Positions 8,208 through 17,682 of a stretch of DNA of 32,000 bases are shown here, in pieces. Position numbers and translations under genes: made by a program. A model generated the notes under the pieces. The model was given only the letters and a program-made list of their open reading frames with translations, had not been told where the DNA came from and did no database searches. Position 1 is the stretch's first letter; each line of letters begins with the position of its first letter. The stretch is from assembly GCF_005843885.1 (NCBI RefSeq), contig NZ_CP040443.1, positions 1,083,898 to 1,115,897 of the forward strand. Direction: 5' to 3'. The DNA comes from Escherichia sp. E4742. GTDB lineage: Bacteria; Pseudomonadota; Gammaproteobacteria; Enterobacterales; Enterobacteriaceae.

Positions 8208-9104
8208 TCAGGAAACATTCTCAGCAGTGAGGTATTTTCCTAACATTGTTAACACGGCTTCTTTCAGCCATACTGGTTCAATAATTTCAACATTCGGTAG
8301 CCAGTATAAAATCAACGGGATAATTTGATTTTTATGTGCAGCCTTGCATGACAGCGTAATGCCATTGTCATGTCTGTGTAGCAATTGCTGGTAAGGAAGT
8401 AAGTCCCGTCGCAAAAAATAATGGGCGATATTACTGTGAATGAACAACACTACATTAAATGTTTTGTCGCTCACCCACGGGTCACATGACTCACTTACTA
8501 GTGACTGTATTTCCTCACTCTTTGCAAACTTTTCTTTTTTTATATCCAGCCATTTTATTTTAGCTAATGAAAACGACTTTAACTTGTTCTCTTCAGTAGC
8601 CAGCAAATACCATATACTTCTCTGATTAGTTAATTTATAAGGATGAACGATTCTGGTCTTACCGGCATATGCAATCTGACAAACATTACTGTTGCAGATC
8701 GCTTTTTCAAGAACATCAAGATATTTTCTTAAATCATCCCTGATGGTGTGCTCAGGGTTATGAAACTGAACACGAATATGCTCTTCGGTTGCCCTGTTTT
8801 CTAATTTCTGCCAGAAACTTTCATTCCGTTCAGGAAAAATCGCATCAGTATCCAGTAACCTGGCCAGAGATTTGTGCAGTGATTCTTTGCTCTGGTTATC
8901 TGCTCTTGCTGAAATAAGCCGGTATTTTCCATCGCCACAGGATTCAATAAAGGGAGAAAGCATATTCAGATCACGATATGCTGTTCGCTCAGTGATGTTG
9001 TATTTTTTCATCAAATTATGGCGACTGACCACGCCATAATTCTGTAATTCAACAAGAATATCAATCAAACGCTCCGCTGAGCGATTTTTCGTTGAGTCAG
9101 CCAT
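8208..9104 (-). CDS. HTH + WYL-domain transcriptional regulator (CapW/BrxR/PafBC-like architecture)
   Basis: The N-terminal DeoR/HTH_11-like segment is RLIDILVELQNYGVVSRHNLMKKYNITERTAYRDLNML. The central segment HPYKLTNQRSIWYLLATEENKLKSFSLAKI contains a literal WYL motif. It is the first gene of a co-directional cluster. Confidence 0.85.
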   Translation of the reverse strand: MADSTKNRSAERLIDILVELQNYGVVSRHNLMKKYNITERTAYRDLNMLSPFIESCGDGKYRLISARADNQSKESLHKSLARLLDTDAIFPERNESFWQKLENRATEEHIRVQFHNPEHTIRDDLRKYLDVLEKAICNSNVCQIAYAGKTRIVHPYKLTNQRSIWYLLATEENKLKSFSLAKIKWLDIKKEKFAKSEEIQSLVSESCDPWVSDKTFNVVLFIHSNIAHYFLRRDLLPYQQLLHRHDNGITLSCKAAHKNQIIPLILYWLPNVEIIEPVWLKEAVLTMLGKYLTAENVS

Positions 9105-9157
9105 AAATCACTGCACCTGTAGTATTACTCTTGTGTAAGTGAATTATATAAATATTC

Positions 9158-9226
9158 CTGACATCATTTGTCAGTTCTACAAAACTACGCCCTCCGGTAA
9201 CAGGTTTTTATTTGATTATAATCAAA
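9158..9226. promoter_or_regulatory. Two palindromes upstream of the WYL regulator gene (candidate operators/promoter)
   Basis: CTGACA-tcatt-TGTCAG lies at 9158-9174. A perfect 16-bp palindrome TTTGATTATAATCAAA lies at 9211-9226 and contains TATAAT in both orientations. Another TATAAT (minus sense) lies at 9143-9148. Confidence 0.4.
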
Positions 9227-9524
9227 CTTTAAACCAGATATCCGGAGTACCTCTTTCGCAATAAGGTTTATTACGGAAGGGCTGATATAGCAAAAAGCAA
9301 CATGCCTCAACAACAGTCTTTATTCATTTAACAGGCTGACAACCATACTGCGTATCACCTGCACCTCTGTAAAAAATCAACGCGAGTAATATTTTTACTC
9401 TATTTATATTTCATTCATCTAAAATTATTAGTTGCCAGAGGGAGAATATCATCGGGATATCTGTTGTTGACAATTTGTCATACCTGCACTTTACTGTGCC
9501 CCAAAGCGCAGGCAGAAATGGCTG

Positions 9525-10262
9525 TCAGAAGTTATACGTTGCGCCTAACATAAACTCGTTACTTTTGACATCAACAGAGGATTTATATTTAGCACCATCC
9601 TCATCTTTATAAGTCAGAGTGGAATCCCCTGCATCCAGATACCGGTAGCTGAGGTCAAGGCTGAAATCCTGCGTCACATCGTATTTAACACCGACACCAA
9701 GGCTCCATGCCAGGTTGTTTTCGTATTTTGACGCTGAAGCTGAATAAGCTTCACTTCCTGCCGGGCTGTTATCGGTATATATGTACGAAGTTTTATGATG
9801 AACCCGTGCATAACCCAAGCCAGCAGATATCCATGGCGTGAATGCACTGTTGTTTCTGAAATCATAATACGCATTCAGCATCAGCGTGTTTACACTGAGC
9901 TTGTTCTGTGCGTCATCAAACTCGGCGCCACCGGCACTTTCCCAATAACTCAGACGATATTTTGATTCAGCATTACCACGGCCATAAAACTCCACTTCAA
10001 TACGTACCGGCACATTGTAGTGCTGATAAAAATCGTATCCCACCGCAAGGCCTGTGCCAAAAACCGTATCACTTTTGTCACCGCCTTTATATTTATCTGC
10101 CCATGCCCCTTCACCATCAACGAAACGTTGGTCTGAAAGTGACATAACAGAAGCACCGGCTTTACCGGTCACATAAAAGCCTGTTTTATCCTCATCAGCC
10201 AGAGCCTGGGCCGAAAACATGCCTGCCATTGCAAGCGCTGAAACCGCAATAACCTTTTTCAT
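9525..10262 (-). CDS. Tia/Hek/Hra/PagN-like small beta-barrel outer-membrane adhesin/invasin family protein
   Basis: It has a signal peptide (MKKVIAVSALAMAGMFSAQALA), alternating beta-strand pattern, aromatic girdle residues and a C-terminal ...GATYNF ending in Phe. GGAG lies 9 nt upstream of ATG 10262. The ORF extends to 10271. Confidence 0.8.
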   Translation of the reverse strand: MKKVIAVSALAMAGMFSAQALADEDKTGFYVTGKAGASVMSLSDQRFVDGEGAWADKYKGGDKSDTVFGTGLAVGYDFYQHYNVPVRIEVEFYGRGNAESKYRLSYWESAGGAEFDDAQNKLSVNTLMLNAYYDFRNNSAFTPWISAGLGYARVHHKTSYIYTDNSPAGSEAYSASASKYENNLAWSLGVGVKYDVTQDFSLDLSYRYLDAGDSTLTYKDEDGAKYKSSVDVKSNEFMLGATYNF

Positions 10263-10350
10263 TTCAATCATCTCCGTTGGTTCTTACCCTACCCGACAAA
10301 TAGGGTTGCCTATTTTAAAACCATGCAAAAGATATGGTAAAATGGTTACA

Positions 10351-10394
10351 ACCGATCGATGCGATCATATCGATCGGTAAAATCGATCGATTTT
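10351..10394. promoter_or_regulatory. GATC-rich nested palindromes upstream of the OMP gene
   Basis: ACCGATCGAT (10351-10360) and ATCGATCGGT (10369-10378) are an inverted repeat. The palindrome AAAATCGATCGATTTT lies at 10379-10394. GATC sites occur at 10354, 10363, 10372 and 10385. Confidence 0.5.
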
Positions 10395-10658
10395 GATGAA
10401 GGTTTTCGTTTCGAATCAACAAAATGGTAATGATGGAACCAGGACTGAAATGCTGTCTCCCAAAAGCCCGGGAGGTTTGCATTACAACTGCACTACAGTA
10501 CAAAAGGTCAGACACAGTAAAAAAGACTGGGTAATCACCCCACCAGAGAAAACACGTCTATTGCAAAAGATGGGGGGATTATGTGCAAACTGACTGCGTA
10601 TTATCGTGAAGGAGATCGGTGAGTAACTGGCATTTTTAAATTACCTTCACTGATCTCC

Positions 10659-11724
10659 TTCCATGAAAATACGCACGCGGGGAACACTCGTGAATTACAT
10701 AAACTGCATCAGAGTGAGCCGGTTTATCCCCGCTGACGCGGGGAACACTTCGTGGCGTTCTCCGGGCGGCTGGTATATTGCGGTTTATCCCCGCTGGCGC
10801 GGGGAACATTCATTCACAAACTGACCGGAACCGGAGCGGAACGGTTTATCCCCGCTGGCGCGGGGAACATCAGTTGAATCAGACTAATGGAAGCCATAGC
10901 TGCGGTTTATCCCCGCTGGCGCGGGGAACATGTCCGGAAAAGTCGGCTGGGTTACGTAAATTGCGGTTTATCCCCGCTGGCGCGGGGAACATATATCAGA
11001 CAACACAGAACGCATTGATCCTGCCGGTTTATCCCCGCTGGCGCGGGGAACATGATCAACGTCGCGCTGTGATAGTTTGCTGTAACGGTTTATCCCCGCT
11101 GGCGCGGGGAACATGGCAATTTGCAGCCAACGCTTACCATTTCTGCCGGTTTATCCCCGCTGGCGCGGGGAACATATCAACTGACTCTATACTACAAAAG
11201 AGATAAGCGGTTTATCCCCGCTGGCGCGGGGAACATGCGTCCTGAAGGTATTTTCACGTCAGGGAAAACGGTTTATCCCCGCTGGCGCGGGGAACATCAG
11301 CAATGGTACCGGGTGGAAAGATGCTCTTTCGGTTTATCCCCGCTGGCGCGGGGAACATCAGTCCGCTCTGACCAATGCTGGACAGAATGCCGGTTTATCC
11401 CCGCTGGCGCGGGGAACATTCCAGGCTGTTCTCCCCACTCACGGGCGATTTCGGTTTATCCCCGCTGGCGCGGGGAACATCAGCCATGAACATCAGCTGT
11501 TCAGTGGTCTGCCGGTTTATCCCCGCTGGCGCGGGGAACATTTCTGATTGCCTTTAGTTTTTTGGCGTAATCTCGGTTTATCCCCGCTGGCGCGGGGAAC
11601 ATCTGAAGGGAAATGGCTCAGGTGTCCTGAATAACGGTTTATCCCCGCTGGCGCGGGGAACATGCCATCCGGCACTCCACCGGTTTACCGGTGAACGGTT
11701 TATCCCCGCTGGCGCGGGGAACAT
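10659..11724 (-). CRISPR. Type I-E CRISPR array: 17 full 29-nt repeats plus 1 degenerate trailer repeat, 17 unique 32-nt spacers, 61-nt period
   Basis: The plus-strand repeat is CGGTTTATCCCCGCTGGCGCGGGGAACAT, the reverse complement of ATGTTCCCCGCGCCAGCGGGGATAAACCG. Repeats start at 10720 and then every 61 nt up to 11696. The degenerate copy (10659-10687) keeps only GCGGGGAACAC. The leader and cas2 lie on the 11725+ side, so transcription runs on the minus strand. Confidence 0.98.
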
Positions 11725-11820
11725 ACTAAGCATATATGTTTGTTTTTAAACAACTTTATTTGACATCAACAATCTACCAACTAAATTCAAACATTTACTT
11801 ATTTTTTAATAACGGATAAC
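11725..11820 (-). promoter_or_regulatory. CRISPR leader (AT-rich) between cas2 and the first repeat
   Basis: This is a 96-nt AT-rich non-coding stretch directly abutting the newest repeat, in the position typical of I-E leaders. I have not mapped the promoter or an IHF site. Confidence 0.7.
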
Positions 11821-13030
<1,210 letters not shown>

Positions 13031-13034
<4 letters not shown>

Positions 13035-13681
13035 GCCTCTGCTCCGGGTTTGATAAGCATCAGACCACAGCCGAACGCCCGGCTTTTGCCATACCCCTGG
13101 CTCAGACGTTGCAGAAATAATCCGGGATCGGTGACCGTAAGCATCCCCGTATAATCCACGCAACTGAACTGGATCAGTTGCCGGGCGTTTTCCCGCCGGA
13201 GTTGCTGTTGTCGGTAGGCATCAACCGAAGTATCCAGCAGTGTAAAACCGCTTCTTTCCCCCTGCGCTGCCAGCCAGTCCAGCGCAGCCTGTTGTTGATG
13301 CAACCAGACATCAATTCCTTCCGCCTGCCCCCTCACCTGCCGTTTCGCCTCCATCAGCAGATCGTGGCGCTTGCCCGCTTTACAGATGGTTGGATTCGCC
13401 CGCAGGTTGAAGCAAAGGGATTGTCCGGTACGCAGCTCCGGCGCAAATGGTCGGCATTCGATGGTGAAAATTTCACTTTCCGCCGGACATTCCTGCGACA
13501 GGACAAAAAAGCGAAACGCGCCCTGGAGTTCTTCCCGACGATAAAGAAATTGCCTTTCTTTTCCGCCAGGGAAAAGATCCCACAGCCACTGATGCATCAC
13601 ATATTCACCGCGATCCACCAGATGCAGCAACTGCGCAGGCGAAAGCTGGCCGGTATGTAAGGTTATTCTTGAGAGGTACAT
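13031..13681 (-). CDS. cas6e: Cas6e (CasE/Cse3) crRNA endoribonuclease
   Basis: The position is right, the start is MYLSRITL... (compare MYLSKVII in K-12 CasE), and the C-terminal glycine-rich loop is GKSRAFGCGLMLI. I placed the start at 13681. The tracked ORF extends to 13819. Confidence 0.9.
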
Positions 13682-14409
13682 GGTTCCTCCTTGCTGAGCC
13701 ACGGCCCCTGATTGATGGTGCGCTCCCCAAACAGCCATTGCTGACGATTTAAAGGAACATCCCGGCGGCGTAATATTTTGCTCACGACCAGGCCATCGTG
13801 CTCCCCTTCCCACCAGCATTCATCCTGAAGTTTCGGGAGTGAGACTTTCAGTTTGTGGAAATGATCCTGATACTGTTTGTATGCGTTACGTAAGACATGA
13901 GACGCGTTGCCTTCGAACAGTAACGGCGCAAGAGGTAATGCCAGCGGATGACTTTTTCGCCCCAGATAAAGCGGAAAAACCGGATGGCGTAAACCTTCCT
14001 GCAACTGCTCGAGGCTGTATGGCGCATCGGTAGTTTTTGCTACAGCCACCATCCACCAGGCATCGGTGTAGTAGTCGCGCCGGGAGATAATCGCGCTCAG
14101 AAGAGCAGGATCGCTCAACTCTTCGCGACGGCTGAAATAACGCGCTTTACGCACCTCTTTTGGCATCTGGATCGTGTGATAATCCCGTGCCCAGCGCGGG
14201 TTACGGCTGGCGCAAACCACCAGTGAATAGTGGCGATTAAACGCGTTTAAGCGTTCGGTATCATCACGCCGGATCCCTACCCCGGCAGCCAGCAGCCCCA
14301 GCAATGCTGAGCGCGAAGGCAGTTCATGGGTATGACGCACTTCGCCGGGGGCATCGACGCCCCAGGATGCCATCGGCCCATGAAGCTGAAAAATCAGATA
14401 TTGGCTCAT
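13663..14409 (-). CDS. cas5e: Cas5e (CasD)
   Basis: MSQYLIFQLHGPMASWG...PSRSALLGLLAAGVGIRRDD parallels the K-12 CasD N-terminus. Confidence 0.92.
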   Translation of the reverse strand: MSQYLIFQLHGPMASWGVDAPGEVRHTHELPSRSALLGLLAAGVGIRRDDTERLNAFNRHYSLVVCASRNPRWARDYHTIQMPKEVRKARYFSRREELSDPALLSAIISRRDYYTDAWWMVAVAKTTDAPYSLEQLQEGLRHPVFPLYLGRKSHPLALPLAPLLFEGNASHVLRNAYKQYQDHFHKLKVSLPKLQDECWWEGEHDGLVVSKILRRRDVPLNRQQWLFGERTINQGPWLSKEEPCTSQE

Positions 14410-14419
14410 AAGCCGCCCC

Positions 14420-15475
14420 TTACGCGCAGATAAAGTCCAGCACGTCCTTCATGCTTCCCTGTTTGTTCATCACGTCAAAACTTGCGTAATCGGTCTTCTG
14501 TTCGTAGACCGTATTCATGTTTTCGCGAAGAGTTGTAATACGCTGCACCGCCACCTCTAACTGACGGGTGCCATTAATGGGTTCATAGAAAGCTGCCGCC
14601 AGAGAACGCGGTTGATCGGTGCCTTTTTCTGCCAGCGCCCAGGAGGCATAAGCCCGGCTGGCAAAGCTGTTTTGTTTTCCGGTTGGAGAGACTTTGAGCG
14701 CGGCTTCCGTAAAGGCGCGTATGGTCTGATTAGCTAACGCTTCGTCACCGCCGAGGTTTTCTACCAGCAGATCTTTATCAATGCAGATATAGGTGTAGAA
14801 GAGCGCAGAACCGAATCCGGTTTCTCCCAGATGCCCGGCACCGGCATCTTCAGAAGCCTGGCGTAAATCATCAACGGCGGTGAAAAAATCATCTTCGACA
14901 ATCGTTTCACTGACACCAAACGCGTGCGCGACCTGGCAGGCGGCTTCAACATTAAACTCAGGTTTATTCGCCAGCATACGACCAAACATGGCGATATCTA
15001 CCGCCATGCGATCTTTACGTAACAAAGAGAGATCTTCCTCTTTTGGCGCGCGCTTTTCTTCTGCCAGTTGATGGGCCAGCGCTTTTACGGCGTCAAATTC
15101 TGCCGGGCTGATATGGACTAACTGTTCAGTTTCGGCGTTACTGAGCGGATCTTTTGGTTTTTTGTCGTTTTTAGCTTTTCCAAGATAATCCGCAATTTTT
15201 GCCGCCCATTCGATGGCTTTTTTCTCTTCGATTCCTTTCTCAATCAGGATAGTTGCCGCCTCACGCGCAATACGCCCACTGCGAATACCAATATGGCCCG
15301 CCAGTGCCTGTTCAAAAAGTGCAGAAGTGCGCCACGCACGCTTCAGACTTTGCGAGGAAACACGCAGTCGTGTTGCTCCACCCAGCACCACAGTTTTCGG
15401 CGCACCGGTATCATCACGGTTAAGGTTGGCAGCAGGGTAAGCGGTTAACAAATGAAGCTGAATAAATGTCGTCAT
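14420..15475 (-). CDS. cas7e: Cas7e (CasC/Cse4) Cascade backbone subunit
   Basis: It shows ...LNRDD...RLRVSSQSLKRAWR, the conserved Cas7e N-terminal motifs. It is 351 aa. Confidence 0.93.
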   Translation of the reverse strand: MTTFIQLHLLTAYPAANLNRDDTGAPKTVVLGGATRLRVSSQSLKRAWRTSALFEQALAGHIGIRSGRIAREAATILIEKGIEEKKAIEWAAKIADYLGKAKNDKKPKDPLSNAETEQLVHISPAEFDAVKALAHQLAEEKRAPKEEDLSLLRKDRMAVDIAMFGRMLANKPEFNVEAACQVAHAFGVSETIVEDDFFTAVDDLRQASEDAGAGHLGETGFGSALFYTYICIDKDLLVENLGGDEALANQTIRAFTEAALKVSPTGKQNSFASRAYASWALAEKGTDQPRSLAAAFYEPINGTRQLEVAVQRITTLRENMNTVYEQKTDYASFDVMNKQGSMKDVLDFICA

Positions 15476-15486
15476 GAGATAGTCCT

Positions 15487-16026
15487 TTATTGATTTTGTT
15501 CGTTATCGGCGTCGCCAGCCTGGTAATATTCCAGCGCCCAGCGGATACGGATAAATTCGGTTGGCCGCTGCTGTCGGCGGTGATGATTGAGCAGGTCGTC
15601 GCTCTCCTGGCACCAGCGGAAAATATCTTCTGCCAAAGAGATAAGATTGACGGAACCATTTAATAATTTGACCGCGCGACGTAACTGACGTAGTAAATCA
15701 TCCGGCGTTTTTACTGCCGACAGACGAGTAAAACGTCCCTCAGACATTACTGCCGCCAGCTGCGCGGCAAAAGGCTGCCGTTCATCAATAGCTTTTACAT
15801 TGGCGCTAACTGCGGCGACCAGCGCCAGTGCGGTAAAACGCCACTCTTGTGCTTCAATTTTCCACAAAGTGTGGGTCTGCATCAGCAGAGAACGAAACCC
15901 TTCTGACAAGCAAACATCATTAACCGTTGTGCTACGCCGCAGACTGGCACGATTGCCGCGTTTAGCCTGCAACTCTTCGTGCCATTTACGCAGCGTGGCT
16001 TTGTGCTCCTCTTTTACAATGCTCAT
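15487..16026 (-). CDS. cse2: Cse2 (CasB) small Cascade subunit
   Basis: A 179-aa helical, Arg-rich protein between cse1 and cas7e, overlapping cse1 by 4 nt. Confidence 0.88.
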   Translation of the reverse strand: MSIVKEEHKATLRKWHEELQAKRGNRASLRRSTTVNDVCLSEGFRSLLMQTHTLWKIEAQEWRFTALALVAAVSANVKAIDERQPFAAQLAAVMSEGRFTRLSAVKTPDDLLRQLRRAVKLLNGSVNLISLAEDIFRWCQESDDLLNHHRRQQRPTEFIRIRWALEYYQAGDADNEQNQ

Positions 16027-17585
16027 TCAGCAGCCTCCTGCTTTTTCTCCCTGGCGGCTTTAGCATTTTGCTTCTCCGCCGATGTTGTAAAATATTTCTT
16101 GCGCGCGGTCATGACGCGTTTCAAATCAACGGGCTCATATGGACTGGTGAATACACGCTCGTCAAAATCCTGACGCGCGAATAACCAAATTTCCTTTTGC
16201 CATTTGCCGAGTAATTCATCCGCATCCTGACCTTCTTCAATTCTGCGCACTAACCTCAGGAAGCGATGCTGAGTTTTGTTCCAGAAGTCGATATCCACAA
16301 AACTAAAATCCCCCCGTGCGCCTTTTGGATCGGAGAACCATGCTTCTTTCAATGCACTCCGTAACAGACTCAGAATTCGTGAAGCCGTTTGCGCAGCCAG
16401 CCGCAGTTTCGGTATCTGGCCTTCTTTTTTATTGAGCAGCAGCGGGAAATGGTGTTCGTACCAGCAGCGCGCTTTCATGTTGTCGAAATCATAGCCAAAT
16501 CCCCACAGGCCCACTTTTGCCTGTTTCAGACTGCTGGCATTGAAGAGTTTCACCACCAAAGCGGGAAGTTCCGTATTGTTTTCTGATTTACCCGTTTCGA
16601 TAAGGCCTAACCAGTCGCGCCAGATTAAACCGCCCGGTTGTGGTTTTACGGAGTAAAACTCGCCTCCCTCTTTAAGGGGTACACGGTAAGGCGTTAAGGG
16701 ATGCTGCCACATGGCATAATTCGCACCGTAATTTTTTGTCGTCATCAGGCTCAGGAGCGCGTCGCTCTGCTCACCGCAAATATCGCAGTTACCGACTTGA
16801 GTGGTATTAAAATCAATACGAATACGGCGCGGCATTCCCCAGTACGCCTGGAGTTTATTGACCTGATCATAGGTTACCACCGCACCGGCCAGTTCGCTGG
16901 TTCGCGTCGGGCCAAGCCAGGGGAAAACCAGATCATCAAATTTTTTGGGTAACGGTAAGTCGGATTCATCCTGCGGCATCACATTGAGCCACAGTTTGCG
17001 CCACAAGGGCGTTTGTTGATTGCCCTGATATTCCTGTAATTCAATCAGAGTGGTCATCGGCCCACCGCCGCGCAAACCGGTGCGGTAGCCTTTGCCACCT
17101 GACGGCGCATTTAACTGTAGGGAGAACAGAGATAACGCGGAACAATGAGGGCATATATGTTCAGTCACGCCACGTTTAATAAAGTGGTCTTTATTAAACT
17201 TCGTTGTTTGAGCGCCGGGAATCTCAGGCAGTAGCGAAGCGACCGGAATTTTATCTCCGGTGAGCGCCTCGAAATCCTGCATAAATGAAGGGGAATCTGG
17301 CCCAAACTGGAAAGCGTGCTCTAAGGACAGCAATGCTTCCCGTAGCTTTTCAACTTCCAGTCCGTCTTCCCAGATATCATCCCAACGACGGTGATCTTTT
17401 GGCGCAAAGCTGGTTTGTAGTAGCCCCAGCAAAAACTGCCATGCCGCCCCCTGGAGATCTGCCCGCGGCGCAGCGATATCGACAACATTTTCATCCGCCA
17501 GATCGACTGGCGCCAGTTTGCCTGTCGTTCCGTCTTTAAGACGAACGGGCAACCACGGGGTTGTCAGAAGTGAAAACGAGTTCAT
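16023..17585 (-). CDS. cse1: Cse1 (CasA/Cas8e) large Cascade subunit
   Basis: About 520 aa, immediately downstream of cas3 and upstream of cse2. The start MNSFSLLTTPWLPVR has GAGAGG upstream (ATG 17585). The tracked ORF extends to 17654. Confidence 0.9.
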   Translation of the reverse strand: MNSFSLLTTPWLPVRLKDGTTGKLAPVDLADENVVDIAAPRADLQGAAWQFLLGLLQTSFAPKDHRRWDDIWEDGLEVEKLREALLSLEHAFQFGPDSPSFMQDFEALTGDKIPVASLLPEIPGAQTTKFNKDHFIKRGVTEHICPHCSALSLFSLQLNAPSGGKGYRTGLRGGGPMTTLIELQEYQGNQQTPLWRKLWLNVMPQDESDLPLPKKFDDLVFPWLGPTRTSELAGAVVTYDQVNKLQAYWGMPRRIRIDFNTTQVGNCDICGEQSDALLSLMTTKNYGANYAMWQHPLTPYRVPLKEGGEFYSVKPQPGGLIWRDWLGLIETGKSENNTELPALVVKLFNASSLKQAKVGLWGFGYDFDNMKARCWYEHHFPLLLNKKEGQIPKLRLAAQTASRILSLLRSALKEAWFSDPKGARGDFSFVDIDFWNKTQHRFLRLVRRIEEGQDADELLGKWQKEIWLFARQDFDERVFTSPYEPVDLKRVMTARKKYFTTSAEKQNAKAAREKKQEAAE

Positions 17586-17682
17586 ACGCATCCTCTCGTA
17601 AAAAAGACCATCCCTGGCCGGTTGTCCATCCTTCCATCTTTTTCTGTGTATCAACTATTCAGAGAGTCCTGTCGCAGGCATC
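17586..17682 (-). promoter_or_regulatory. cas3-cse1 intergenic region, probable Cascade operon promoter by analogy with E. coli Pcas
   Basis: It is the only sizeable gap (97 nt) inside the cas cluster. I identified no specific -10/-35 elements with confidence. Confidence 0.3.

Noticed and set aside
10393-10593. 66-aa plus-strand ORF between the OMP gene and the array (and the minus-strand ORF 10315-10515)
   Set aside because: No SD sequence, no motif, and overlap with the palindromic regulatory region. I treat the region as non-coding.
10778-11557. Three plus-strand ORFs (10778-11206, 11121-11489, 11375-11557) of 60-142 aa
   Set aside because: They are translations of the CRISPR repeats. 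The peptides RFIPAGAGN, VYPRWRGEH and GLSPLARGT recur every 61 nt in rotating frames, so these are not genes.
11664-11695. The newest spacer contains CACCGGTTTACCGGTG, an internal palindrome resembling the repeat start CGGTTTA
   Set aside because: It is a short similarity within one spacer. The 61-nt register of the array is undisturbed, so it is not an extra or partial repeat.
13178-13660. 160-aa plus-strand ORF
   Set aside because: It is antisense to cas6e and has no recognisable features.
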